A stretch of 63,825 bases of DNA, the filler included. It is 4 parts of 4 records of this genome, joined end to end, with 100 filler letters (N's around TTAATTAATTAA, not from the genome) between each part and the next. Parts side by side here need not be neighbours in the genome. Positions count along the whole stretch, not along the records: positions 1 to 23,455 come from DRR723986_3408; 3 more parts are not named here. One strand, 5' to 3'. Below, in pieces: positions 1 through 10,055 of the stretch. The number at the start of each line of letters is the position of its first letter. The first letter of the stretch is position 1. The position numbers and the translations under genes are program-made. The notes under the pieces were generated by a model. The model worked only from the letters and a program-made list of their open reading frames with translations, searched no databases and was not told where the DNA came from.

Positions 1-375
1 GGAATTGTGTCCATAGCAGGCATGGGCAATGACTAAGGCCTGCATCGGCATACTATTGTCTTCCATCAAATAGGCAATGCAGGGGTCAGAATTAATCACC
101 AGCTCATAAGCCAAGCCACGCATTCCGCGGCGATAGGCTTCTTCGTTACGAATAAATTCCTTTCCGTAACTCCAGTGGGTGTAGCTGATCGGCAAGCCCA
201 CGGACGCGTAGGCATCGAGCATTTGCTCAGAGGCAATTACCTCAATTTGATTAGGGTAAGTGTCCAAGCCAAACTCTTTGGCGATGCTCGCTATCTCGCG
301 GTCGTAGCTGCGCAGCAGGTCAAAATCCCAGTCGCCGCCCCGGGACAATACGCGGTCTTTCACCGTCTCGCTCAC
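1..375 (-). CDS. ycgB: SpoVR family protein (YcgB), 5' part, truncated by the window edge
   Basis: Not in the ORF track. Manual translation from GTG at 375 (GTGA overlap with the yeaH stop) gives MSETVKDRVLSRGGDWDFDLL...LDTYPNQIEVI...HWSYGKEF...GLAYELVINSDPCIAYLMEDN...HACYGHNS. Matches the conserved prkA-yeaH-spoVR order. Confidence 0.93.
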   Translation of the reverse strand, partial: MSETVKDRVLSRGGDWDFDLLRSYDREIASIAKEFGLDTYPNQIEVIASEQMLDAYASVGLPISYTHWSYGKEFIRNEEAYRRGMRGLAYELVINSDPCIAYLMEDNSMPMQALVIAHACYGHNS

Positions 376-1598
376 GCCGCCTCCCGCTGGAATAATTCCC
401 GCAGTACTGGATAGACATCGCGCCGCCCCATTACTTTGGCGACCGCAAAGTTTTCGCTATGGATTTGGCTGTAGGCGGCACCCAGCGGCGTGATGCTACT
501 GGCATTGTCCGGCACCTCTACGTAGGCGTAGTAGCGACAGTGCGGCAAAATATCGTCGCGCAACTTAGCCGCGCTGCGTTGCGGATCGCTGCCAAAGGCG
601 TCGCCATCTGATACCTGCGCGCCGTATATATTCCACTGGTCTGGCGCATAGCGATCTTTAATAATTTCTTCGGCCAAATTAAGCGCCGACATCACTACCG
701 TACCGCCGGTTTGCGGGTCGTGAAAAAATGCGTGTTCGTCTACTTCTTCGGCGTTTGACGTATGCCGAATAAATACCAGCTCGACATGTTCATATTTTCG
801 ATTGAGGAACAAATACAGCAAGGTAAAAAAGCGCTTGGCCAGGTCCTTTTTTTGTTCCGACATCGACGCCGATACATCCATCAAACAGAACATAACCGCG
901 CGACTAATTGGCTTGGGCTCCTTAACTTTATGCCGGAACCGAAGGTCGTACTCATCCAAAAAGGGAATGCGATCGATGCGGTCTTTTAAGTCTTGAATTT
1001 CTTGTGGATCAGCACCGCTTTCCTCAAGCTCACGCAGTTCTCGTTTCAGCGGTGCCGCTAGTGCGATCTTCCTGGCCATGGCATTTTGCAGGCTGCGTCG
1101 CACCGACAGGTTGGACGGCACCCCCGACGGGGTATAGCCCGCGCGACGAAAAGTGAATTGTTTAGCGTCACCCAGGACATTACGCGCTAAACGTGGCAGT
1201 TCCAGGTCGTCGAAAAAGAGGTTCATAAACTCCTCTTTTGACAGGGTAAACATAAAGTTATCCTGCCCCTCACCGCCTTCACCCTGGCCGTCCCCGCCCT
1301 CGCCTTCGCCGCCTCCGCCCACTTGGGGTTTAGCGATGCGATCTCCGGGGGAGAAACTGTGGTTGCCTGGGTGAACCATCTCCCGGTCGCCACCCTGGCC
1401 AATACGGAACTTCGGTTCGGAAATATCTTTTACCGGGATTCCCACCTCGCCACCACGCCCCATATCGGTGATGGAGCGCTCGGCGACAACGTCTGCCACA
1501 GAGCGCTTTAGCTGGGATTTATATCGCCTGATAAACCGCGCACGGTTCGTCGCATTTTTGTTGCGGTCGTTCAGGCGGCGGTCAATAATCATCGACAT
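372..1598 (-). CDS. yeaH: YeaH/YhbH (DUF444) vWA-like protein
   Basis: IDRRLN..NRARF N-terminus, AVMFCLMDVSASM, TGGTVV and SDGD motifs; lies between prkA and spoVR. Confidence 0.93.
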   Translation of the reverse strand: MSMIIDRRLNDRNKNATNRARFIRRYKSQLKRSVADVVAERSITDMGRGGEVGIPVKDISEPKFRIGQGGDREMVHPGNHSFSPGDRIAKPQVGGGGEGEGGDGQGEGGEGQDNFMFTLSKEEFMNLFFDDLELPRLARNVLGDAKQFTFRRAGYTPSGVPSNLSVRRSLQNAMARKIALAAPLKRELRELEESGADPQEIQDLKDRIDRIPFLDEYDLRFRHKVKEPKPISRAVMFCLMDVSASMSEQKKDLAKRFFTLLYLFLNRKYEHVELVFIRHTSNAEEVDEHAFFHDPQTGGTVVMSALNLAEEIIKDRYAPDQWNIYGAQVSDGDAFGSDPQRSAAKLRDDILPHCRYYAYVEVPDNASSITPLGAAYSQIHSENFAVAKVMGRRDVYPVLRELFQREAA

Positions 1599-1631
1599 AT
1601 TCGCACCTTGCTTTCGACGTGGCAGCGTTAA

Positions 1632-3554
1632 CTAGCCAGCTTTACGTACGCGCAGATACCACTCTGACAACAAACGTACTTGCTTGGGTGTGTAGCCCTT
1701 CTCGACCATGCGGGTAACAAAGTTTTCGTGCTTTTTCTGGTCCTCATCGGAGGCTTTGGCATTAAAGGAAATGACCGGCAGCAGCTCTTCAGTGCTGGAG
1801 AACATTTTCTTCTCTATCACTTCGCGCAGTTTTTCATAGCTCGTCCAGTTCGGGTTGCGGCCCTCATTTTGAGCGCGAGCCCGCAGCACGAAGTTAACGA
1901 TTTCATTGCGGAAATCTTTCGGGTTGGCGATCCCGGCGGGTTTTTCAATTTTCTCCAGTTCACCGTTCAAGGTGGCGCGGTCGAAGATCGCACCGGTTTC
2001 CGGATCTCGGTAATCTTCGTCCTGAATCCAGTAATCCGCAAAGGTCACGTAGCGGTCAAAAATGTTCTGACCGTACTCTGAATATGATTCGAGATAGGCC
2101 GTTTGAATTTCTTTACCCACGTATTCAGCGTAGCGCACTGCGAGCCAGCCCTTGATAAATTCTAGGTAGGTACGCTGCACATCCTCAGGCAGCTGCTCGC
2201 GCATAATGCGCTGCTCAAGCACATACATGAGGTGCACGGGGTTAGCCGCTATCTCGGCGTTGTCGTAGTTAAATACCGCCGACAGTACCTTGAAAGCAAA
2301 GCGCGTTGACATCCCGGTCATGCCCTCATCAATACCGGCATAGTCGCGGTACTCCTGGAAGGACTTCGCCGCCGGGTCAGTGTCTTTCAGTGACTCACCG
2401 TCGTAAACACGCATTTTGGAATAAATACTGGAGTTCTCCGGCTCGCCAAGACGCGTCAATACCGAGAACTGCGCGAGCATTTCCAGCGTTCCCGGCGCAC
2501 ATGGCGCATCGGCCAGGGAGCTGTGGCGCAGTAGCTTCTGGTAAATTTTTACCTCTTCTGACACCTGCAAACAGTAAGGCACTTTGACGATGTATACCCG
2601 GTCGAGAAATGCCTCATTGTGTTTGTTGTTGCGAAAGCTCTGCCACTCGGATTCGTTGGAGTGAGCAAGTATTACGCCCTGAAAGGGAATGGCGGAGAAG
2701 CCCTCGGTGCCCTTGTAGTTTCCTTCTTGCGTCGCCGTCAGCAGGGGATGCAGCATTTTTATAGGCGCTTTGAACATCTCGACAAACTCGAGCATGCCCT
2801 GATTCGCCAGGCACAAACCGCCGGAGTAGGAATAGGCGTCGGGATCGTCTTGCGCGTAGCTCTCGAGCTTGCGAATGTCCACCTTGCCGACCAGAGTGGA
2901 GATGTCCTGATTGTTCTCATCGCCTGGCTCAGTTTTGGTAATCGCCACTTGCTTTAACACTGAGGGCTGAATGCGCACAACGCGGAACTGGCTAAGGTCG
3001 CCTTCATACTCGTCCAGGCGCTTGATCGCCCACGGTGACGCCAGGCCACTGAGATAGCGCTCGGGAATACCGTACTCTTCTTCAAGCTGCTTACCGTCGC
3101 GCTGGGGGTCAAACAACGACAGCGGCGACTCGTTAATGGGCGAGCCTTTCAAGGCGTAGATCGGGTAGGCTTCCATCAATTTTTTCAGCCGCTCGGCGAT
3201 CGACGATTTACCACCGCCTACCGGGCCAAGCAGATATAGCACCTGTTTGCGTTCTTCCAGGCCCTGCGCGGCATGTTTGAAAAATGCGACGATCTGCGCG
3301 ATCACATCTTCCATGCCGTAAAACTCTTCAAAGGCTGGATAGCGGGCAATCAACCGATTGGAAAAAATTCGTGAAAGCCGAGGGTCACTGCGGGTATCTA
3401 CAAGTTCTGGCTCGCCAATGGCTGCCAGCATTCGCTCAGCCGGGGTGGCGTAAGCAAGCGGATCGCTGCGACAAAGCTCGAGGTAGTCAGTCAATGACAT
3501 CTCCTCGTCCTTCGCCTTCAGATATTGCTCGCGGACGTTATCAAGGATACCCAT
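1632..3554 (-). CDS. prkA: PrkA/YeaG AAA+ serine protein kinase
   Basis: Walker A GPVGGGKS, KTEPGDENNQDIS, EFVEMFKAPIK, HSNESEW. Confidence 0.96.
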   Translation of the reverse strand: MGILDNVREQYLKAKDEEMSLTDYLELCRSDPLAYATPAERMLAAIGEPELVDTRSDPRLSRIFSNRLIARYPAFEEFYGMEDVIAQIVAFFKHAAQGLEERKQVLYLLGPVGGGKSSIAERLKKLMEAYPIYALKGSPINESPLSLFDPQRDGKQLEEEYGIPERYLSGLASPWAIKRLDEYEGDLSQFRVVRIQPSVLKQVAITKTEPGDENNQDISTLVGKVDIRKLESYAQDDPDAYSYSGGLCLANQGMLEFVEMFKAPIKMLHPLLTATQEGNYKGTEGFSAIPFQGVILAHSNESEWQSFRNNKHNEAFLDRVYIVKVPYCLQVSEEVKIYQKLLRHSSLADAPCAPGTLEMLAQFSVLTRLGEPENSSIYSKMRVYDGESLKDTDPAAKSFQEYRDYAGIDEGMTGMSTRFAFKVLSAVFNYDNAEIAANPVHLMYVLEQRIMREQLPEDVQRTYLEFIKGWLAVRYAEYVGKEIQTAYLESYSEYGQNIFDRYVTFADYWIQDEDYRDPETGAIFDRATLNGELEKIEKPAGIANPKDFRNEIVNFVLRARAQNEGRNPNWTSYEKLREVIEKKMFSSTEELLPVISFNAKASDEDQKKHENFVTRMVEKGYTPKQVRLLSEWYLRVRKAG

Positions 3555-3763
3555 CGGTGCAATCTCCTTTCTGCGTTAACGCCACGTCGCTGACATTCCA
3601 CTCGCGATGTAGCGCGACGACAGTTTCATGTGTGTGCGTCTTCACTCTACTCTGCTACGCAGAGATCATCTACTTCGATCCACAAAAAAAGACTACGCGA
3701 TTACCGAAGTGTGGCTAGTGCATGTGCCGATAGAGTGCTTGGGAAAACGCTCGGCCTACAACT

Positions 3764-3796
3764 AGTGTAGACCGTAAAAACGCAGGGAAAGTGCCG
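3764..3796 (-). promoter_or_regulatory. Candidate prkA promoter: RpoS-type -10 CTACACT (3764-3770) and sigma54-like CGGCAC-N5-CTGC (3782-3796)
   Basis: Motif matches read on the minus strand about 210-240 nt upstream of prkA. Confidence 0.4.
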
Positions 3797-3825
3797 CAGT
3801 AAAATTTACTGCGGGCGGAGGAATG

Positions 3826-4533
3826 CTAGTGTTCTATCTGGCCAAGATTGGCATGGATTACCGCGCCACTAATCACCGGAGAGCGCGCACAAAAATACAA
3901 GGTATCGGCGATTTCTTGTGGATCTATCAAGCGCCCAGCCGACACATTGGCGGTGATTGCAGCAATCACCTCTGGGTCGTTGTTGATGTGCCCGCGCAGC
4001 ATGGCGGTATCGGTAAAACCGGGACAAACACAGGCACTGTGGATACCGGTGCCGGCCAAGTCCTGCACCGTTGCTCGCATCAGCCCCACCAGACCATGTT
4101 TACTGGCCACGTAGGAAGCGCAGCCGCGCACGGCTTTTTCAGCGAGGGTTGACCCCACATACAAAATTGATGACCCCGGTTTCATATAGGGAATCAGCAC
4201 GGCATTGAGCTGCTGCGGGGCGACCAAATTGATCTGCAGTACCGCGGCAAAATTCTCGGCGGCTAGCGTGGCAACGGTATCGCTGTCTTGCCGCGCAGCA
4301 TTGTGGATCAACACGATTTCGTCGGCACTTTCTGCAGCAATACTGAGTGCCTCCGCGGCCATACCTTCTAGCCAATCGATGCGCCCCATGTCCACCGACA
4401 ACTGGAGAACGCCCTCAATGTCCAGCGATCGCCGCGACAGGTTGATTACCCGGTACCCTTCCGCCAAAAAGCGCTCCACTGTCGCGCGGCCTATGCCCTG
4501 GCTTCCACCACTGATTACTACTAATTTATTCAC
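3826..4533 (-). CDS. SDR family oxidoreductase
   Basis: SGGSQGIG Rossmann motif, HNAA, catalytic YVASK, CPGFTDT. Confidence 0.92.
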   Translation of the reverse strand: MNKLVVISGGSQGIGRATVERFLAEGYRVINLSRRSLDIEGVLQLSVDMGRIDWLEGMAAEALSIAAESADEIVLIHNAARQDSDTVATLAAENFAAVLQINLVAPQQLNAVLIPYMKPGSSILYVGSTLAEKAVRGCASYVASKHGLVGLMRATVQDLAGTGIHSACVCPGFTDTAMLRGHINNDPEVIAAITANVSAGRLIDPQEIADTLYFCARSPVISGAVIHANLGQIEH

Positions 4534-4560
4534 AATACCTTTCCATTCACAGTCGCCGAA

Positions 4561-5058
4561 TCAATCGCGAGTCCAGCTTGCAGAGCCCCACTGACCTGGG
4601 CCCGAGGAAACCTTCATCACCAACTCGCTGATCTCATTGCCATCAATGAAAGGGGCGTCGTCGAGCAGGCGCTCCAGCACATAGCGAGCAAACTCTTCAA
4701 CCGTGGTGTTGCGCAATGGCAGCAGTAAGGTGTCGGCCTTTAAAAACAGCAATTCCTCACCGTTAAATTCGGCGCGATAGTACTTGCCCTGTTCCTCAAC
4801 ACGCATATACGGCGACTGCGCGGGCAGCAGCGTGTACTCATCTAACTCTGCGCACAGCTTGCGCAGACGTTTTTTAATCTCCACGTAGCTAAAGCACATA
4901 CCGTCCTCACCCACCTCCGCGGTCAGGTCGAGGCTAACCCGAAAATTATGGCCGTGCAGCCGCTCGCGGTCGGTCGCCGAAAAGATAGTAAAGTGAGCAC
5001 CGGAAAACTTCAGATCTTCCTTGCATATTTCAATACAGGTATGTCGCTTGATGGGCAT
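4561..5058 (-). CDS. 6-pyruvoyl-tetrahydropterin synthase (PTPS/QueD) family protein with PTPS-III-type ExxHGH motif
   Basis: Start ATG at 5058 (MPIKRH) after an AAGGAG ribosome-binding site; [13 protein letters not shown] and NTTVEE T-fold motifs. Confidence 0.88.
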   Translation of the reverse strand: MPIKRHTCIEICKEDLKFSGAHFTIFSATDRERLHGHNFRVSLDLTAEVGEDGMCFSYVEIKKRLRKLCAELDEYTLLPAQSPYMRVEEQGKYYRAEFNGEELLFLKADTLLLPLRNTTVEEFARYVLERLLDDAPFIDGNEISELVMKVSSGPGQWGSASWTRD

Positions 5059-5068
5059 CCGCCCCTCC

Positions 5069-5599
5069 TTATTCTTTGGTGTCGCTCTGGCGTTGTTGCC
5101 ATTCGGCCGCTGCCAGCATAACTTCTTCCGCCAGCTGCTGCTCGCCCCGGCCCAGCGCCGCCACGCGCACATCGGCCTCGCGTTCATATAAGGGCTGGCG
5201 TTCGGCGTACAGGGCCGATAAATCTGTTCCCGGTGCACAGGCAACGCCGCGCTCGGCAAAATTCCCCAGTCGCTTGGCCAGCTCGCTCTCTGTAACATCA
5301 ATAAAGACCACAGGCCCCAGACGGTGCAGTTTCTTCATCACCGGCTGGCTGTATACGGCGCTTCCGCCGGTTGCGAGCACCACCCCGGAAAAATCCTCCG
5401 CCAATAATGCACGCTCCTCGGCTTCACGCAGCCCTAAATACCCTCTTTGCGCTAGCAACTGCGCCAGTGTCTGGCCTTCACGCTGCTCGATAAGCCGATC
5501 GCCATCCACAAACCTCAACCCGGTGCGCCGAGCTATATGCCGCCCAAGCGTGGACTTACCACAGGCGGGCATACCAATAAGACTAAGGGAATTGATCAC
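5069..5599 (-). CDS. aroK: Shikimate kinase
   Basis: [10 protein letters not shown]-loop, [20 protein letters not shown]. The start (GTG 5599) is approximate. Confidence 0.88.
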   Translation of the reverse strand: MINSLSLIGMPACGKSTLGRHIARRTGLRFVDGDRLIEQREGQTLAQLLAQRGYLGLREAEERALLAEDFSGVVLATGGSAVYSQPVMKKLHRLGPVVFIDVTESELAKRLGNFAERGVACAPGTDLSALYAERQPLYEREADVRVAALGRGEQQLAEEVMLAAAEWQQRQSDTKE

Positions 5600-5744
5600 T
5601 GAACTCGCTACCGCTACTAATCTGCTATCTAGAGTGCCACAGAGCGCGAAGCACACGCAAAACAAAGCGCTGTTGCCCCGCAGTGACTTTAATCAAGCCC
5701 CTGAATCCTGTAGCATTTCGGCTCTACACAGCACAGGCTCAAGC

Positions 5745-6779
5745 ATGCAAACCCTGCACATTACCCGCCCCGATGATTGGCATATCCACCTGCGCGATGG
5801 CGATGCCCTGACACAGACAGTTAGTGACGCGAGCCGCTATTTTGGCCGCGCCATTGTGATGCCGAATCTTACCCCGCCGGTTCGCAAGCTCGATGAAGCA
5901 CGCGCCTATCACGAGCGCATTCTCGCAGCGATACCTGCCGAGCGAGCGAGCTTCACCCCGCTAATGGTGCTCTACCTTACAGACCGTACCCAGCCGGCCG
6001 ATATTGCCGAGGCCAAGGCATCTGGCCTGGTTTATGCAGCGAAGCTATATCCCGCGGGCGCCACAACCAACTCCGACGCTGGCGTCACCGACGTCGATGG
6101 CCTGTGGCCGGTGCTGGATGAAATGGCGAAGCAGGGTATGCCACTGCTGGTCCATGGCGAAGTCACCGATGCCGATATCGACATCTTCGACCGCGAAGCA
6201 GAATTTATTGAGCGCCACCTCAAACGTATTGTCGCCGCCTTTCCCTCGCTGAAAGTCGTTCTGGAGCACATTACCACCGCCGATGCCGCCGAATTCGTCG
6301 CCAATGCCGGCGAGAACGTCGCCGCAACAATTACCGCCCACCATTTGCTCTACAATCGCAACGACATGCTTGCCGGCGGCATTCGCCCGCACTATTACTG
6401 CTTGCCCATTTTGAAGCGCAACCGCCACCAACAGGCGCTTATTGCGGCGGCAACCTCGGGCAGCCCGAAATTTTTCCTCGGCACCGACTCCGCCCCCCAC
6501 GGCCGCCATCGCAAAGAGGCCGATTGCGGCTGTGCCGGTTGCTATACCGCCTACGCGGCCATAGAGATGTACGCGGAAGCGTTCGAGGCAGCCGGTGCGC
6601 TGGATAAGCTAGAGGCCTTCGCAAGCTTCCACGGCCCGGACTTCTATGGTCTACCACGCAACCAGGATCAAATCACCTTACAAAAAGCCGACTGGCAAGC
6701 CCCTGAGGCACTGCCATTGGGGAACGACACGGTACGTCCGCTCCGCGCCGGAGAAACCCTGCGCTGGCAGGTAGCTTAA
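5745..6779 (+). CDS. pyrC: Dihydroorotase
   Basis: [37 protein letters not shown]. True start is ATG 5745; the ORF track extends it spuriously to 5076. Confidence 0.97.
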   Translation: MQTLHITRPDDWHIHLRDGDALTQTVSDASRYFGRAIVMPNLTPPVRKLDEARAYHERILAAIPAERASFTPLMVLYLTDRTQPADIAEAKASGLVYAAKLYPAGATTNSDAGVTDVDGLWPVLDEMAKQGMPLLVHGEVTDADIDIFDREAEFIERHLKRIVAAFPSLKVVLEHITTADAAEFVANAGENVAATITAHHLLYNRNDMLAGGIRPHYYCLPILKRNRHQQALIAAATSGSPKFFLGTDSAPHGRHRKEADCGCAGCYTAYAAIEMYAEAFEAAGALDKLEAFASFHGPDFYGLPRNQDQITLQKADWQAPEALPLGNDTVRPLRAGETLRWQVA

Positions 6780-6782
6780 GCA

Positions 6783-7409
6783 ATGAATGGCGATAAAAGC
6801 TTGATTGCACAGCGATTTCGGGGATTCCTGCCAGTGGTCATTGACGTTGAAACCGGCGGTTTCAATTGTCACACCGACGGTATCTTGGAAATTGCTGCCA
6901 CCCTGTTGAGAATGGATGACGCGGGCAACCTCGAGCCCGATGAGACACTCAGCTACAACATCGAACCCTTCGAAGGCGCGAATTTAGAGACCGCCGCCCT
7001 TGAATTTACCGGTATCGACCCCCATCACCCTGACCGACAAGCCGAGAAAGAAGTCACTGTGATGGGCGAGCTGCTGAAGAAAATCCGTCAGCAAGTTAAA
7101 GCCCACGACTGCACACGCGCAGTACTGGTAGGACACAACGCCCACTTTGACCTGGGGTTTGTAATGGCCGCGATTAACCGCTGCGGCATAAAACGCAACC
7201 CTTTCCACCCGTTTTCGGTGATGGATACGGCTAGCTTGTCAGGCCTGGCATACGGACACACAGTACTGGCCCGGGCCTGCCAACTGGCCGATATTGAGTT
7301 TGACAACAATGAAGCGCACAGCGCCGCGTACGACGCGGAAAAAACCGCAGAATTGTTTTGCCAGATCGTCAACCGCTGGCAAGATCTTGGCGGCTGGCGC
7401 TGGACATAA
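6783..7409 (+). CDS. rnt: Ribonuclease T
   Basis: RFRGFLPVVIDVETGGF, KRNPFHPFS, AHSAAYDAEKTA; follows pyrC. Confidence 0.97.
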   Translation: MNGDKSLIAQRFRGFLPVVIDVETGGFNCHTDGILEIAATLLRMDDAGNLEPDETLSYNIEPFEGANLETAALEFTGIDPHHPDRQAEKEVTVMGELLKKIRQQVKAHDCTRAVLVGHNAHFDLGFVMAAINRCGIKRNPFHPFSVMDTASLSGLAYGHTVLARACQLADIEFDNNEAHSAAYDAEKTAELFCQIVNRWQDLGGWRWT

Positions 7410-7521
7410 ATTAAGTTATTGGAACTCCGGCACAGATCGGCGTCCAACACCGTAGAGATAACGCGGGCGAAAATACGCCCTCGACACCGTAAACACCCAC
7501 TAAACGTCAGGAGAGACCCAC

Positions 7522-8106
7522 ATGGCTTTTGAATTACCTGCACTGCCTTACGACAAAAACGCACTTGAGCCCCACATTTCAGCGGAGACCCTGGACTTTC
7601 ACCACGGCAAACACCACAACGCCTACGTGACCAAGCTGAACGAACTGACGGCCGGTACCGACAACGAAGGCAAGTCACTGGAAGAAATCATCAAATCGGC
7701 AAGTGGCGGCCTGTTCAACCAAGCAGCCCAGGTTTGGAACCACACTTTCTACTGGAACAGCCTGAGCCCCAACGGCGGCGGCGCACCAACTGGCGAGCTG
7801 GCAGCAGCCATCGACGCTAAGTTTGGCTCCTTCGACGAGTTCAAAGCCGCTTTCAACGCTAGCGCAGTCGGCAACTTCGGCTCTGGCTGGACCTGGCTGG
7901 TAAAAAACAGCGATGGCAGCCTCGAAATCGTTAACACCGACGACGCTGACACACCTATCGCTCGCGACGGTCAAACGCCATTGTTCACCGCCGATGTTTG
8001 GGAGCACGCCTACTACATCGACTACCGCAATGCTCGCCCCAAGTACCTTGAAGGCTTCTGGAACTTGGTGAACTGGGAATTTGCTGCCGCTAACTTCGCA
8101 GCCTAA
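7522..8106 (+). CDS. sodB: Superoxide dismutase [Fe]
   Basis: [20 protein letters not shown] (Fe-type signature), DVWEHAYY. Confidence 0.96.
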   Translation: MAFELPALPYDKNALEPHISAETLDFHHGKHHNAYVTKLNELTAGTDNEGKSLEEIIKSASGGLFNQAAQVWNHTFYWNSLSPNGGGAPTGELAAAIDAKFGSFDEFKAAFNASAVGNFGSGWTWLVKNSDGSLEIVNTDDADTPIARDGQTPLFTADVWEHAYYIDYRNARPKYLEGFWNLVNWEFAAANFAA

Positions 8107-8130
8107 TCCCCGCGACACTGCGTGTTGCAG

Positions 8131-8154
8131 AACCCCACTTCGGTGGGGTTTTTT
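8131..8154 (+). terminator. Rho-independent terminator of sodB
   Basis: AACCCCAC-TTCG-GTGGGGTT followed by TTTT. Confidence 0.85.
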
Positions 8155-8263
8155 GTATCTGCCTCCCGCGCCCCCTCACCTCACCACTCCGTCGCCACAA
8201 CAGCATTTAGCGCGGGCGCCCAGTATACGCGCTTACACCCTCGTCACCAGGACAGTCACCCAC

Positions 8264-8301
8264 AAAAAAGCCCGATCACCTTGCGGTCATCGGGCTTTTT
8301 T
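8264..8301. terminator. Bidirectional terminator downstream of the peroxiredoxin gene
   Basis: AAAAAAGCCCGAT...ATCGGGCTTTTTT. Confidence 0.8.
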
Positions 8302-8335
8302 AGGAACTTGCGGCTCGCGCCGCAGAGTCGCCGTA

Positions 8336-8938
8336 TTACAGCTTGTCAGAGTTCTCTGACAGGTAAGCCGCTACACCAGTCGGTGATGCGTCCATACCTT
8401 TGTCGCCTTTATTCCAGCCAGCAGGGCAAACTTCACCGTGCTCTTCGTGGAATTGCAGTGCCTCAACCAAACGCACCAGCTCATCGACGTTACGGCCGAG
8501 AGGAAGGTCGTTAACCAGCTGAGAGCGAACCATGCCTTCTTTGTCGATCAGGAACGCGCCGCGGAATGCCACGCCACCTTCAGCTTCAACGTCATATGCA
8601 CGGCAAATGTCGTGACGCACGTCAGCAGCCATGGTGTAGGTCACAGGACCGATGCCGCCATCTTTGATAGCAGTGTTGCGCCAAGCGTTGTGAGTGAATT
8701 GAGAGTCGATCGATACACTGATCACCTCAACACCCAGCTCGCGGAATTTGTCCATACGGTGATCCAGAGCGATCAGCTCTGAAGGGCAGACAAAGGTGAA
8801 ATCCAGCGGATAGAAGAACAGAACCGCGTATTTGCCTTTAGCCGCTTCGCTAAGCGTGAACTCATCAACGATCTCGCCGTTGCCAAGTACTGCCGCACAT
8901 GTGAAGTCAGGAGCTGGTTTACCTACGAGTACACCCAT
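8336..8938 (-). CDS. ahpC: 2-Cys peroxiredoxin (AhpC/TsaA type)
   Basis: FFYPLDFTFVCPSE and GEVCPAGW. Confidence 0.95.
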   Translation of the reverse strand: MGVLVGKPAPDFTCAAVLGNGEIVDEFTLSEAAKGKYAVLFFYPLDFTFVCPSELIALDHRMDKFRELGVEVISVSIDSQFTHNAWRNTAIKDGGIGPVTYTMAADVRHDICRAYDVEAEGGVAFRGAFLIDKEGMVRSQLVNDLPLGRNVDELVRLVEALQFHEEHGEVCPAGWNKGDKGMDASPTGVAAYLSENSDKL

Positions 8939-9111
8939 GATGTTTACCTCCGGTTGTTTTCATTAGACAGTGCAATCACGCACTCTTAAAAAGGAGTAGA
9001 CCGGCAATCATACACGCCGTCACAAACCAATCCCATTGAAAATTCTAATCGCCCCCATAGCCTGCAACTATGGCAAAACCGACTAAAAAACCCGAATACC
9101 CAAAAAGACAA

Positions 9112-9140
9112 TTGACAAGCATTCTCATTTTCATTAACTT
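9112..9140 (+). promoter_or_regulatory. sigma70 promoter of bfd overlapped by a Fur-box-like site
   Basis: TTGACA (9112-9117), 17 bp spacer, TAACTT (9135-9140). The minus strand reads AATGAAAATGAGAATGCTTGTCAA, resembling the Fur 7-1-7 repeat TGATAAT-N-ATTATCA. Confidence 0.7.
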
Positions 9141-9181
9141 TAGAATCCTGAACACAACGACACCACACAGGTTCCAGCAAC

Positions 9182-9379
9182 ATGTACGTTTGTCTCTGCA
9201 AAGGCATTACCGATACACAAATTCGAGAAGCGATGGACAATGGCACCAGCAGCTTCCGTGAATTGCGCCGTGAACTTGACCTCGCCAGCCAGTGCGGAAA
9301 GTGCGGCTCCCTGGCTCGCAGTGTCTTTGACGCCCATCTCAGCAACTATGACGAATCCCTCTGTTACGCCGTTGCCTAA
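9182..9379 (+). CDS. bfd: Bacterioferritin-associated ferredoxin
   Basis: MYVCLCKGITD...QCGKC [2Fe-2S] motif; upstream of bfr. Confidence 0.96.
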   Translation: MYVCLCKGITDTQIREAMDNGTSSFRELRRELDLASQCGKCGSLARSVFDAHLSNYDESLCYAVA

Positions 9380-9514
9380 GCCGAAAAGCAATTGAGAACG
9401 ATTGGCTTTACCCTTCTAACATACCATTTAAAATCAACAACTTAGCTTGACTCACCCCCATAGCGCGTCCACACTATTGGCTATTCATACGCCACGTTAA
9501 TTAAGGACACAGCA

Positions 9515-9997
9515 ATGAAAGGTGACGCTCAGGTTATCGCCCATCTCAATAAGGCACTTGGCAACGAACTGGTCGCCATCAACCAGTATTTTCTGCATGC
9601 GCGCATGTACGAGGACTGGGGCCTGAAAGAGCTCGGCGAGCACGAATACCATGAATCCATCGACGAAATGAAACACGCTGACAAGCTGATCAAGCGTATT
9701 TTATTTTTGGAAGGCATTCCCAACCTGCAAGACCTTGGCAAACTGATGATCGGCGAAAATACCAAGGAAATGCTCGAGTGCGACCTCAGCCTGGAGCTGA
9801 AAGCCGTACCGGATCTGAAAGAAGGCATTAAGTATTGCGAATCAGTTGGAGACTTCGGTAGCCGGGAGCTGCTTGAGGAAATTTTGGAGTCTGAGGAAGA
9901 GCATATCGACTGGCTGGAAACTCAGCTGGGCCTTATCGAGAAAGTAGGCATCCAAAACTACCAGCAATCCGTTATGGGCGGCCTTGGCGACTCATAA
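9515..9997 (+). CDS. bfr: Bacterioferritin (heme-binding type)
   Basis: [24 protein letters not shown] (heme-ligand Met present), EEEHIDWLE. Confidence 0.97.
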   Translation: MKGDAQVIAHLNKALGNELVAINQYFLHARMYEDWGLKELGEHEYHESIDEMKHADKLIKRILFLEGIPNLQDLGKLMIGENTKEMLECDLSLELKAVPDLKEGIKYCESVGDFGSRELLEEILESEEEHIDWLETQLGLIEKVGIQNYQQSVMGGLGDS

Positions 9998-10009
9998 GCC
10001 GCCACCGCA

Positions 10010-10050
10010 AAGAAAGAAGGGCCGCTCTTTATTGGAGTGGGCTTTTTTTT
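10010..10050. terminator. Terminator between convergent bfr and the hotdog gene
   Basis: Imperfect GC stem GCCGCTC...GAGTGGGC with a T8 tail and an A-rich left flank. Confidence 0.65.
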
Positions 10051-10055
10051 GCGTG

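Noticed and set aside
4561-5058. Calling the PTPS gene queD
   Set aside because: It lacks the catalytic Cys of CxxxHGH and no que genes are nearby, so the symbol was withheld.
5076-5744. Apparent 223-aa N-terminal extension of PyrC
   Set aside because: It is antisense to shikimate kinase; PyrC homology begins at ATG 5745.
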